A stretch of 64,000 nt of DNA, taken from Vicugna vicugna (Eukaryota). The stretch covers positions 2,495,061-2,559,060 of the forward strand of contig MU058423.1 in NCBI GenBank assembly GCA_013265495.1, in the 5' to 3' direction. The notes below the pieces were generated by a model that was not told the DNA's origin, made no database searches, and saw only the letters and a list, made by a program, of their open reading frames with translations. How positions within the stretch are numbered: position 1 is the first letter of the stretch; every line of letters begins with the position of its first letter. Both the position numbers and the translations under genes were made by a program. Of the stretch, positions 52,100 through 64,000 are shown one piece after another.

Positions 52100-52260
52100 T
52101 TGCTTATTAACTATTCACTGAGCACCCGCTATGTTTAAGCTGCTTTTCCAGGTGTGGTAAAAACATCTGTAACACCACTGAACAAGAAGAGACAGAAACC
52201 CCTGCCTTCTAGGTATTTACGTCCTATGGGGAGAGATGATGAAGAAAAACACAAGCAAAG
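52100..52260 (-). mobile_element. L2 fragment
   Basis: tattcactgagcacccgctatg...gacagaaacccctgccttctagg...tatggggagag resembles the reversed L2 3' end. Confidence 0.45.
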
Positions 52261-52274
52261 TAACAGTAAGACAG

Positions 52275-53140
52275 TATCTATGTGTATCACACGCAGGAGG
52301 TGCATAACTCTTTAGTGTATGCTCTGTGACTTTTAGGTATACGCACTCTTATGGAATCACCACCTAGATCAAGACAGAAAACATTTCGAGCACTGCACAG
52401 TGCTCTTCAAAGAGGAACCCCCCAACACACAAGCTCACCATTCAGCTGACCTCTGTCACTTTGGATTCATTTCGCCTGTTGACATTCAGGAAAATGGAAT
52501 GCTGTAGTAGGTACTTTGTTGTTTCTAAACCCTCAGTCCACAGTGTGTTTGAGAATGATCCACACTGTGTGCAGCAATACCTTTTTATTTTTACTGTAGT
52601 GTACTCATTGCAGTATTCCATCATATGAATGGTGGAATTATAATAACCCATCACAGTTTATCTGTCCATTGTCCCATTGATAGACATTTGGAAAATTGCC
52701 AGTCCTTGGTTCTTTCAAATAAAGCTTCTTCAAACATTATTGTACACATTTTTTGGAAAACATAAGCACACATCCCTGTTGGTATATAACATGGAGTGGG
52801 GTTCCAGGGGCACGGGGTAAATGTAGGTTTAGTTCTAGCAGATAAGGCTGGTTTCCAAAGGACTATCTCACCAGCACTGAAGGACAGTTCCAGTTACTCC
52901 AAGATTCAAGAACTATTGTTGGTCCTTTTAATTTTACCCTATGTAGGTATGTAATAGGATCTGTGTCTGTACCTTCTCCAGTATCTGGTGATGTTGAGCA
53001 CCTTCCCAGATGCTTTTGAACATTTGGATATTCTCCTTTGGGAAATGCCCATTCAAGACTTGGCCCTTTTTTCATTGTTCTATTTTTACATATATCATTT
53101 TTGGAAAAAAGGTCTTTGCTGTTTTGCTGTATTTTCTCCC
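52275..53140 (-). mobile_element. Old L1M 3' region
   Basis: Reverse L1 3'UTR/ORF2-end features (tttatctgtccattgtccc..gatagacatttgg, gatgttgagcaccttccc, tttggatattctcctttgggaaatgccc). Confidence 0.65.
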
Positions 53141-53490
53141 ATCTGAACCTTGCCTGAGTAACAGAACCCCAAATTAGCAACTATTTTTGGTAGCACGGTT
53201 TGGGAACTCCTGAGTTCCTAGAAACTTACTCTTAAGCAGACCCCTCTACAGTGTGATTTAAAATTACTTCTAGAGGATGCAGTGACTGGTGTCTGGTGAC
53301 TGGAGAATTCTCGTGTTCCAATGCTCACGGAAGGATGTGATGGAAGACATTTCCACTTACTGAAGTATGGGGGATAAATGCTTGCTTATACATGATTTAA
53401 TTTAAACTCTATGCTAACTTGAATAGCCTGCTTTGTGGTCTATCAAACATGCATTTTACACTTGCTTTAACCATTAAAGAACAGATGCAC

Positions 53491-53950
53491 TGAAAAATGA
53501 AAACAGAGTAACTGTGGTTCAGGCGCTCAAAATGGAGCCAGGTGGCCATTGTAGATGTGATTTCAGACACGTTCCTAAATCACTGAGAACATGAATTTTC
53601 CGAACTTAGAAGACTCAAGGACAAGACAAGTAGTTCTCAAAACGGTATCCACCAGCTGCAACCTTATGGTCTCAAGGTCTCCTTTGTAACTAGGCAATCA
53701 TTTCGGACTCAAAACAATTCTTGCCTAACAAGCACACTTACTTGTTGCCAGCTCCAATTTGAATTCTTGACAAACAATTTATGTAAGTTTGTGGCATTTG
53801 CCTTCAGAAGCCTCCCTCATTTTGTAGTCCAGATAAACACCATTTATGTGCCTCTTGAATCTGTGTCTTCCAGGGTAGAGTCTTCAATTTAGTTTAAATT
53901 AAACTCTTTTCCATTCTTATAGGCTGATTTATATATAATTTCCAGCAACA
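53491..53950 (+). mobile_element. Probable ERV LTR
   Basis: TG...CA bounded ~460 bp with caaaatggag and an attaaactc poly(A)-like motif. Confidence 0.4.
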
Positions 53951-55112
53951 GGAGGGAAATAATGGCCCCAAGACCCCACAGAGACTTAGGACTTGGATAC
54001 CTCACCATGGCAAGAAGAACTGAAAAATTTCTTAAGTTAAAAAGAAAAAAGGCCATTTACAAGAGAGTCAAGACAGACCGGCATCACCCTTCTCATTGGC
54101 AATGCTGAATTCTAGAAGCCGTCAGAATGCTCAAGGTCTTCTTCCTACAAGTCCATACCTAACCAAACTAGCAAGACATTTTCAGATGTGAAAGGACTAA
54201 AAACATTTATCTCATGGGTACTAAGAAAATGAGAGAGTAAACCAAGGAAGAAGCTTCTGAATGATAGTTGTGCATCAGCCTGGAGAGGGCACTTAGATGG
54301 CATCTAACGTAAGAATGGAAATAGATCCTAGAATATTGAAGATGTGATAAAGCCTACCTAGCAATTTGAAGAAGAGAAGAATCCTGCTCTCTCCACAGGG
54401 GATTCCTACCACTCTAGGCCCTACTCACTAAGCTCTACACAAACATGATCTCCTAATAATGAAGGAGGGATGAATGGAGGCTCAGAGAGAGCCTCCCTTC
54501 TACAGAGAGCTCACTAAGGCTCCCTGCTCTAAGGGTGTCAGAAAATAGGACAAAGAAGTCTCAAAACACCTCACTACCAGACAGGATCCCCATGCACCAG
54601 CCACTGCCAGCATCACCTCTCAGTTCTCTGAAAGCAGCAGGGTCACTTGGATATTTCAGGTGGCCAGGAGGGAAAAAGATAAGACACAGCAGGTGTGATC
54701 AAGGCTTTACTGGTGATGAGACAGGGCTGGGCAGGGACCACGCTGCACACCAGGCCAATACTGGTCTTCACGGCAGTGCTGGGAGCTCAGGCCTGAGCTC
54801 TACAGGCCAGGGGTCTGGTCAGACACAGCCATAGAAAGGAAGGACAGTCTGGCTGGCTTTCAAGCAGAAAAGAAACGTCAGGAGGTGACTTCATGGAAGG
54901 AGTGTGGAGTGCAGTAGAGCTATAAAGATCCTGAATGAATGGGAAGTGGGAAAGGCATAGGGGCTAAATAAAGCCTGAGTGGGGACAAGTGGAAAGAAAG
55001 GAGACACGAGACACCTGGTGGTGGGGGTGCAGGGAGGTCCAGCTGTTCTCCAGGGCCCTGGCACCACAAGCACAGCGCTGGCTCCGCACTCCGGCTCCTG
55101 CCTTCCGGGGCA

Positions 55113-58100
55113 CTACTTGTTGCCCCACACGGCACTCTTCGTGTACAAAGGGCCTGGGAGGAAGCGGCTGGACTTCATGTAGGCAGAAATCTTCTTCAGG
55201 CCCTGAGGGTGGGAAGAAGAAGGTCAGACGAAGGTCAGCTGCCCCACTGGGGCTGAAGCAGCTCTACTCAAGTTCGGGATGTGGTACAGCCCTTCCTTGT
55301 GGGGTCAAATGTTCAGCAAAAGACAATCCTCCTGGGGTCCCAAGTTTTGGTAAGTTACCTCTTCAATTTCCTGTAACCGATGTGATCATCTTAACAAGAC
55401 TTACCCCAAAAGGAGAGTGTGCTGTGCTACATGCTGCACACCCACTAGATATAATGATATCCAGGCAGCCCTCATTCCACGGCACCTCACTTTATTGTGA
55501 GTCACACATATTGTGTATTTTACAACTTGAAGCTTTCTGTCAACCTTGCATCAAGCAAGTTAACCAACACCATTCTTCCAACCGTGTTTGTTCACTTCGT
55601 GCCTCTGGTAATTTTCCCAATATTTCCCCCTTTTCATTATAATTGTATTTATTACAGTGATTTGTGATCAGTGACCTTTGATGTTACTATGGCAAAAAGA
55701 GTAAGCTCAATGAAGGCTCAGAGGACGGTCAACATTTTTAGTAACAAAGTATTTTTAAATTAAGGTATGTACATTGTTGGGTTTTTTTTAACATAATTTA
55801 CTGGACATTTTATAGACTACAGTAGAGTGCAAACATAACTTGTACATGCCCTGGGAACCCAAAAAAGGCATATGACTTGCTTCACTGCCATATTCACTTT
55901 ATTGTGGGCGTCTACAACCAAACCCTCAGTGTGCCTGAGGGTTTAGAACCTCCACATGACTAACCTACAAGACAGGTTCTAGTATCTCTTGACCAAAACT
56001 GAGGTACACAGGGTTAAGCACCTTCCTCATGCTAATGCAACTAGTAAGACATAGGCCTGGAACACAGCCTGTCTCTCCTCCAATCCGCTGCTCCTTCTGC
56101 TGCACTCCCCTCCCCATCTGAGCACAGGAGGACTTAGCCTTCCCACTTTGCACTAGAATTCCGCTTTTTCACAGGCAGGCTGCTAGTTTTGCCCGCAGAG
56201 GGACTCCTAGCACAACAAAGGGGCTCAGAAAGTGCCTGAGCAGCATGCAGAACAGACCAGATCTCACCCTGCGACTCAGGAAAACCTGGATGAAAGGCAG
56301 TGGGAGGCTTTGGAGCAGCAAGGCCAGGCCAGGCTCTAGTTATTCCACTTAAAGGGCAGAGTCCAACTGCCTGGCCTGGTCCCTGAACCCAGTCTCACTG
56401 GGCCAAAAACCTATCACATCTCCAGTCCTGCTGCAGCCAACACGGCAGGATGACACTCAGGTGTATCTGTGCACCATCTTCCCAAGACAGAGAATGTCCA
56501 ACATGTTGCAAGGATTCAAATATCCTGAGGCTGCCTATACCCAACAGCCCAGAGCCCAACAGGCCACACATTGCTGCCCACATTCTGTCTCCATTCTCCC
56601 TGCCAGGTAGTTATCTCATCTCTTGCAAAATTCTCAAGGCCAATAAGCCTGGAGCAAAACCAGAGCTGAAGAGAAGTAGCTGAGAAACCACATTTCATAA
56701 TGGGAAGTGGGGATGGGAAACAAATTGTAGGCTGAAAAACCTATTGGACTAATGCCCCAAATCCCCAGTTCTGTGATAAACAGGCTTTGTTGCTCTCCAA
56801 TTAGTTGAATGAGGATGACCGACGATGAGCTGTGAGGTGAGGTCAGGCTGTGCTCCTCCAGCACCAAGATGGTACCACACACACCACACAGCTCGGTATT
56901 CCTGTAGTTCTCCAACTGCTCTGAGCCCCAGAGGGTGGGTGCCAGGCCTCTGTTACGTCTGCATCCCCCTATGCCTGACACAGTGCCTCACGAAGAGGGG
57001 AAATCAGATCATAAATGTGACTTAAAATAAATGTACTATCCCATTTCCCAGACAGAGTCTTGGAAGGAAGAAGGGAAGGGAGACAGGGAGGGAGGGAAGT
57101 GCCCACCATAACAGATGTCAAAATAAAATCTTTTCACAGAACACCTACATACATACTCAAATCCCAGCACTAACTACAGTCCTGGGAATCTCAGTACAAT
57201 CCCAGACAGGATCCCATTGCTGCAGAGCCCGCTTGAGATGGGGAGAAAATATTCTGTGTTTTTGGTACTTAATGTCAATCCTACTGTGTCTCAACTCTAC
57301 TAATGCGAGCTACAAACAAATTCCTGAAGGTTCTCCTTCATCCGCACAGTCCATATGGAACCCAGACAAGGAAAAGAACTGAGTCTTTTCTTTTCAGTAC
57401 AGGAAGAGACAGCCACTGACTGCTAACCACAGACACAAGGTGCTATGCTTGGGACCCCTGTAAAATCTCTGTTGGTTCTGTGACCTTCAGCAATTACTTG
57501 TAAGTAACTTTTAGCTTAATTCCTTATCTGTAAAATGGAGGTAATAGTTCTTCTATGATGGAGGAATGTTATAAAGATTAAATCTGATACAATACTTGCA
57601 AATTCCTGAGTACACATTCTGATACAGCAGTCCTCAATGAATGCTAGGTATTCTTCATCTTATCTCCACAAATAGGAAAGCATCAGGGAGGAGAGAGAAG
57701 ACAAGAGATATAAATATTAGGAGGATCAGGGGAATCACCTCAAAGCGGCTCATGAAGTCTTTCAGGTTTGGGAATTCATCCAGGCACTTGGGCTCAAATA
57801 TGCGGTGCAGGTCAAGGACGTCATAAGCCAAGAAATCCACAAAGTTGAGCTGCAGGAAGGCAAAGGAGGTATGGGCACCAAACTCTGAAACTGGGACAAA
57901 TGACAGCTCATCATCCCTCAAAGCTGTCCCCCTTACCTTGTCTCCTGCAAACCAAGTCCTCTTTCCCAGAAACTCTGAGAAGAGCTTCATCTTTTCAGGG
58001 ATCTCCTTCAAGTACACAGGCTTCAGTTTCTCCTGAGGCAGAAACCAGCTGTCACCAGCCTCAGACACAGACTCCCTGGGCAGAGAGCAGGCCTCCCAGG

Positions 58101-60276
58101 GCTGTGCCTGATCCCAGATGCCAGGTGAGCAGCCATGTCCCCTGATGGCACCTGGGTCAGTGCCCAGGCTCCAATTTAACCCATCTGTGCTCACTAGACT
58201 CCTACTGGGAACCACCACCCATCTGTGATGGATGATGGGAAGGCAAAGGGCAAAACCACACTATCCCTGAACCTGTCACCACTCATCTCCAAACACCACC
58301 CATGGGTCAGAGCAGCAGTGCTAGGAGATCTGACAGAGCTTGGGACTCAGACCTCAGGCAACACTAAATAGAATCAGAAAAGAAGTTGAACGTTCCAGTA
58401 CTGGGAGACAGAAATGGTATGGACACCTGAGTGGTTTCTGGGCAGCTGAGGAGAATCTGAGAGGCTAAAAAGGAGGGAGAGGGAAAAAATCTGATCCCGA
58501 GATGTCTACTGGGCAAATGTGTTCCTGCCTGAGTTGCCAAGGAGGAGGCACTGATCTAACAAGATAAACATCCTGTCTAGGTACTGAATTTCCACCCTGG
58601 GGAGTCTGGACTGTATCCCAACATTGGTGGGAACTGACAGAATTTCCACTTCATGCACAGTGGGGTTATGAGGCTCACTCTGGGGACACTATAGGGACTG
58701 AACTGGTGGATTAGTAGCTCCAAGAGTTTAAATTACAAAGGGATCAGTGTAGAAAGAACCAAGAATCCAGTCTCCTTTCAAACTCTGTTCAGCCCAAACC
58801 AGTAGGAGGGGACTCACAAAGTCAGAGCTGTAGCAGACTCTGGCCAAGTCATTAGAGGTGTCCATAGCCTGGTTCTCCAAAACGTCCACACGAATCTTCT
58901 CCTCCTCTGTCTCCCCACCTGTGTCCACACAACAGAGGCTCACATTCAGCATCACACTCCAGCAAAGCCCAGGGCGTGGTCACTTGTTCCCCTGTCCCCG
59001 CCCCCAGTCCCACTCACACATGTTGTGCCTGCGAGCAATGTAGCGAAGGATGGCGTTGCTCTGGGTGAGCCTGTGAGCCCCATCAATTAGATACGGTAGC
59101 TGCAAGAACAACAGGGCAGGTTGGTTGGACCACCAGGCTCCCCTGAACCCCGTCTCTTGAGCAAAGGCAGAGATGAAGTCTGGCACTCACAGGCCCTGGC
59201 CCATGGGAGGTACTAAATAATATACTGTACTATCACTGAATGAGCTGGGACATAGAGCATCCTGGAAAGGCAGTGAGAGAACTAGGGAGCTGAGAGGTGG
59301 AGCAGAAGGCACCTGATCCTGAAACCTCTAAGCTGGGAAAGGAAAAGGAGGAGAGACACCGTCCACTTTCCCCCACAGCACCCGCATGCCCTGCACCTAC
59401 ATTGGGGAAGTCCAGGCCCAGCTTGAACTTTTCACTCAGCCACTGGCTTCTGTCATAGTCAGGAGCTGTGGTAAAGAAGGTGCAATAAACCAAACCTCCC
59501 AAGAGAAAAATACTCCTTCCTGTGAGGTCCTCCCAAGGAGTCAAGAGGCCCGACCCCCTGAACAGATGGCTTTGGAATCTGAACACTAAGTCTCACATTC
59601 CAGCTCAGGGAGGAAAGCACACTTAAGAGGCTCTGGAACCTAAATGAGTAAGGCTTGCAAAGGGTTTGTGCAAGCAGTAAGGGGAATCTGTGCCAACGGC
59701 TGATACAGGGGCCCAGCAGTAGACTCTCATGTCCTGCCTTGGCGGCCAGCTGCAGCCTCAAATGGTTCCAGAAGAGGCAGGCCCCTGCTCCAGCTGGTGG
59801 AGTTTGACAGAGGCAAGGAAACGGCCAGGACAGGGGTTGCTTGGCATCAGACAGGCATGACTTGAGCGGAAGTCAGAACAGGATGAGGATGTCATTACCG
59901 TCTCCCATCGTGTAAGTCTTCTCCTCATAGTTTGAGTCTGTGTACTCCAGGAGCAGGCGGATGGCATGAGCCAGCTAGAATAGATGGCCTTAACAGACGT
60001 CAGGTGTTAGGTGCTGATAACCTGACTTTCTCTGCTCCAAGTTACCCCCCAACACCATAACCCCCTCTCTGCCCGGCCCCTCCTACACGCCCACCTGAGA
60101 AGGAGGGGTGGAGGGAAGGGGCTCTGCTGCAACAAGCCGGGGAGAAAAAGATTCTGGGTGAACCGGTCCCCAGCTGCGCAGCATTTCCCCGCCCTCACGC
60201 CCGCCTCCATCCCATCCGCCCCGGTGGACCCCTCGATTACCCCGCGGATGTCCCAGTAACCGAGGGTCATGGCCAT
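55113..60276 (-). CDS. GSTM4: Glutathione S-transferase mu 4-like, paralog D (218 aa); exons 60241-60276, 59899-59974, 59401-59465, 59018-59099, 58818-58918, 57937-58032, 57739-57849, 55113-55202
   Basis: Canonical GSTM exons. MAMTLGYW start, AMDTSNDLARVCYSSDF helix 4, DLHRIF and PLYTKSAVWGNK resemble human GSTM4 as I recall it ([35 protein letters not shown]). It is the 5'-most gene seen, matching GSTM4's place in the human cluster. The CDS call is strong; the symbol is moderate. Confidence 0.9.
55462..55942 (+). mobile_element. Internally deleted Tigger1 (Tigger1a-like) DNA transposon in intron 7 of gene D
   Basis: Both Tigger1 ends recognisable (caggca..ctc...ctttattg...; aaattaaggtatgtacattg...gactacagta..gtg.aaacataact...ctttattg.g); absent from A/B/C at the homologous site. 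Confidence 0.8.
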
Positions 60277-60780
60277 GGTCAGCGTCGGTAGATTCGGGGC
60301 TGGGGGGGTGGGTCCTCCTTGGCAAGGCTGGGCTGGAAGTTCATCCGGGTGCCTGGGTCAGGCCTGGGTGTGGCCTGAGACCACGCCCCCTCGCCTCTCT
60401 CCGCTCCGCCCCGCCCCCAACTACTACCCAGCCTTCCTGAGACCGAGGGCACCCGGGGCTCCTGGGGCTGGCGTCTGCGCCATGGGGCAGGCAAAGTAGA
60501 CCATTTCCACCTCCAGCCGCGAGGACTCCCGAGCCGAGCTCGGCGCCGGGTCGCTGAGGGCCGCCTGGTTCCCGCCCCCAGTCAGATCTGGACTAAGTCG
60601 GGGAAGGTAGCAGTGCGCTCGCGAAACAAGCCTGAATCTTAGCAAAAGCAAGACTCCTCCCCCTCCCCGTCCCTGTCAGGCACCGCTCAGCTTCGCCCCT
60701 GGGCTGCCGAGTTCCCGCGGGCTCTGGGAGGCTCTTACTGCGAAGTTCAGGCCAAAGTGGTGCTCCTCAAATCGAGAGAT
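60160..60780 (-). promoter_or_regulatory. CpG-island-like promoter and exon 1 of GSTM D; TATA-like element degenerate
   Basis: Visibly dense CpG, tandem CCGCCCCGCCCC GC boxes near 60406-60418; GATAAA of A/B/C reads GATGAA here (near 60340). Confidence 0.6.
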
Positions 60781-62263
60781 GAAATCAGACCCTGTCACAG
60801 GAAGATCAGGCCTCCCAGGCATCCTAACGCTCCCCCGCCCCTTGCTTTATAATCCATGACAGCAGCAAGTGTTCCAAAACAGACTATCACTGGGATAGGA
60901 AGAATCACTCAGGGGAAGAGGCAGAAAAGGAAATATGGTCTCAGTGTTTTTTTTCAGGGACTGTGGAGGACCTAGCCCTCAGTCATGTGGCTAAAAGTGA
61001 TAATGATCGAATATAAATTAATCAAGTGGTTTATGGCCTTAAGAGTGACTCTATTAACATAACCAGGCCCAGCAAAGAAGATATCTTGGAGCAGTCCAGA
61101 GATATCTCGAAAGCCAACTAAATGTCCCTCACATTGACTGGCTCAGTGACCTGGAGTGTGGTGGTCTCGGGGTGAATGTGACTAAGGGGGAAGAGCTGTC
61201 TTCTGAGGGGTGAGGTGCCTCTCCTACAGTAGGGGGTGGCCAGCCAGGAGTCTGGAGGACCGCCCTCAGGACCACAGTCAGAGTGGGTCCAGGAGACTCT
61301 CAGCCGCCCAGGTCCACGAATTCTAGCCCCGATCCTGGCTCCTGTCCCAAGTGTGGTTTTGTGGAGAGGGTGGCTCAGGTGGTCTTTGATGACACTCTGT
61401 GATCTGTGACCTGTGTTACAACCTCCACAAGAATAATGTTCTACTTGTCAGCTTTCTGTTTTGAAGGTTGAAGACTATTTCAAAATTAGGAGAATAGGAC
61501 TTAGGTTGGCCTGTGTCTCCTTTTCTTTTGTTTAAAGGATATTACGAGGAAATGGATATATGAAAGAGATGAAATGAACTGTAAAAAACAAATGGGTTTT
61601 ACAAGTTAGAATGCAAGGTTGGTACACTACAGAAAAATAAGTTTAAGGTTAACTAATACTTTATAAGGATAGAAAGGTATAAACACAGTATTCAATAAAG
61701 GTTTCAGACCTCAAGATGTAGTATGGAGTGGGGATTGAGGAGGACAGGTAGACTATCTAATGCCTATGAAATCACAGAGTCAGAGGTCTGCACATCTCTG
61801 CTAAGTTGGGGAGCTGGGAGAGTGTGTCACCAGAGACCAGCAAAGCTCCTTCCCTGTGTCAGACACTCCCCAAATATTCAGATCTTGCCAGTCGTCGGGG
61901 CTTGAGGTCTGGATCCAGGCTCAGGATGCAGCTCGAGGTCAGGCGGATTCCCTTGTCAGTGTCCACAGGGAGGTGATGGTGGCCATGCACACACAAAAGT
62001 GCTGCCCCTCTTAAAAGTTCTAATTTTCATAATAAAGGAGTTATTCTAAGATTTATACATCCTGAGCTTGGAAGAAAAACATGACCAGATTCCACTGAGA
62101 AAACGTCTTTCTTAAACTAACATTAAACAGAATAATAATATTTTAAATGAGTAGAACAGATATTGTTACGTTAGCATTCACCCATCCATTCTTTTTTTGG
62201 GGAAAAAAAAAAAAGCTGAGATCCTGTCATATAGAAGGAACGAAGAATAAGAAAATCCTGGGT

Positions 62264-63350
62264 CTTTTGCACCACAAAGGAAATCGCAAACAAAATGAAA
62301 ATACAACCTACACAATGGGAGAAAATATTTGCAAACAATGTGACAGACAAGGGCTTAATTTCCAAAATATACAAACAGTTCATACAACTCAACAACAACA
62401 ACAAAAATCCCATTCAAAAATGGTCAGAAGACCTAAACAGACATTTCTCCAATGAGGATATACAGGTGGCCAGCAGGCACATAAAAACATGCTCAACATT
62501 GCTAATTATTAGAGAAATGCAAGTCAAAACTACAGTGAAGTATCAACTCACACTAGTCAAAACAGCCATTATCAAAAATAATAAAGCTGGAGAGGGTGTG
62601 GAGAAAAGGGAACCCTCCTACTCTGTTGGTGGGACTGTAAATTACTGCAGCCACTATCTAGAACAGTAAGGAAGTTCCTTAGAAAACTAAAAATAGAGTT
62701 ACTATATGATCCACCAATCCCACTCCTGGGCATATATCCAGAGAATATCCTAATTCAAAAGATACATGCACTTCAATGTTCATAGCAGCACTTTTTACAA
62801 TAGCCAAGACATGGAAGCAACCTAAGTGTCCATCAACAGACGACTGGATAAAGAAGATAAGGTATATATAATGGAATATTATTCAGCTATAAAAAAGAAG
62901 GAAATAATGTCATTTGCAGCAACATGGATGGACCTAGAGATTATTATACTAAGCGAAATAAGTCAGAGAAAGACAAATATTCATATGATATCACTTACAT
63001 GTGGAATCTTAAAAAATAATACAAATGAACTTACAAGACAGAAACAGACTCATAGACATAGAAAACAATGGGATGATTACTAAAGGGAAAGTGGGGGAGG
63101 GATAAATTAAGAATTTGTGATTAACAGATACATACCAATAGGTATAAAATAGATAAACAACAAGAACCCACTGCATAATACAGGGTCCTATATTCAATAT
63201 CTTGTAATAACATATAATGGAAAAGAATGTGACAAAGAATATATACATATACATGTATATATAACTGAATCACTTTGCTGTACACCTGAAATTAACACAA
63301 CATTGTAAACCAACTATACGTCAATAAAAATTTTTTTAAAAATAAAAAAG
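62264..63350 (+). mobile_element. 5'-truncated L1 (ORF2 end plus 3'UTR and A-rich tail)
   Basis: [43 protein letters not shown] motifs. Confidence 0.9.
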
Positions 63351-64000
63351 TAAAGTGTGTTTCTTGTAGATATCATAGAGTTTAATCATTTTTAATGCAT
63401 TCAGCCAATCTCTGTCCTTTGATTGGAGAGTTTAATTCATTTACACTTAAATAAATTATTAATGAGAGACTTACTTCTATCATTTTGCTATTTGTCTTCT
63501 ATTTACCTTATAATTTTTTCTGCCTCATTTCCTACATTACTGTCTTTTGTGTGTAGCTGATTTTTTGCTATGAAACTTGTTCTTTACCTTCTCATTTTTA
63601 TTTGTGTATATTCTATAGCTATTTTTCTTTGTAGTTACCATTGGGGATTACATTTAACATCCAATAATTATAACACTAATTTGAATTGATATCAACTTAA
63701 TTTGAATAGCATTCGAATCCTTTGCTCTTATACATCTCTGTCCCTTTTGTTTGATTATTGATGTCACAAAATTGCATCTTTATGCATGTGTGTCCAAAGC
63801 CATAGACTAATAATTTTTAAATGAACTAGTCCCTTAAATTATGTAGAAAAAAAAAGAGAATTAAACAAAGTTACTATAGTACTAGCTTTTATCATTATCC
63901 ATGTATTTACCTTTACTAGAAGTCTTTATTTCTTCACTTGGCTTCATATAACTCTCCAGTGTCCTTCACTGCAACCTGAAAGACTCCTTTTAACATTTCT
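63351..64000 (-). mobile_element. Old L1M fragment (ORF2 start and upstream region)
   Basis: gtttcttgtaga...ttcagccaatctctgtcctttgattggagagtttaattcatttacac is the reverse of the L1 ORF2 start. Confidence 0.6.

Noticed and set aside
54989..55642. 217-aa + strand ORF, the longest in the track
   Set aside because: It is antisense to D exon 8 and runs into the Tigger1 element; no recognisable protein features.

Overview
Mammalian genomic DNA, probably camelid: there is a tRNA-Ala-derived Vic-1-like SINE, artiodactyl-type L1s and Tigger1a, and I saw no Alu, Bov-A or PRE-1. The window holds a tandem cluster of four apparently intact mu-class glutathione S-transferase (GSTM) genes, all on the minus strand. 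Each has the 8-exon GSTM layout (36/76/65/82/101/96/111/90 nt, 218 aa). They are called here A (4717-16429), B (21253-26465), C (34259-44442) and D (55113-60276, GSTM4-like). The rest is introns, paralogous flanks and transposable elements (L1, ERV/LTR, SINE, MER20/MER58, Tigger1, L2, MIR). I found no wholly new biological system. The best observations concern cluster dynamics and regulation: (1) a base-resolved tandem-duplication junction at 31360/31361; (2) ~4.5-kb near-identical direct repeats flanking gene C, resembling the architecture behind the human GSTM1-null deletion; (3) patchwork gene conversion with diversified substrate-site residues; (4) one intron-7 ERV site seen in four states across the paralogs; (5) a perfect NRF2/sMAF ARE in intron 7 of A and C that is mutated in B and D. 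Repeat family names come from recalled consensus sequences and need RepeatMasker/Dfam confirmation.
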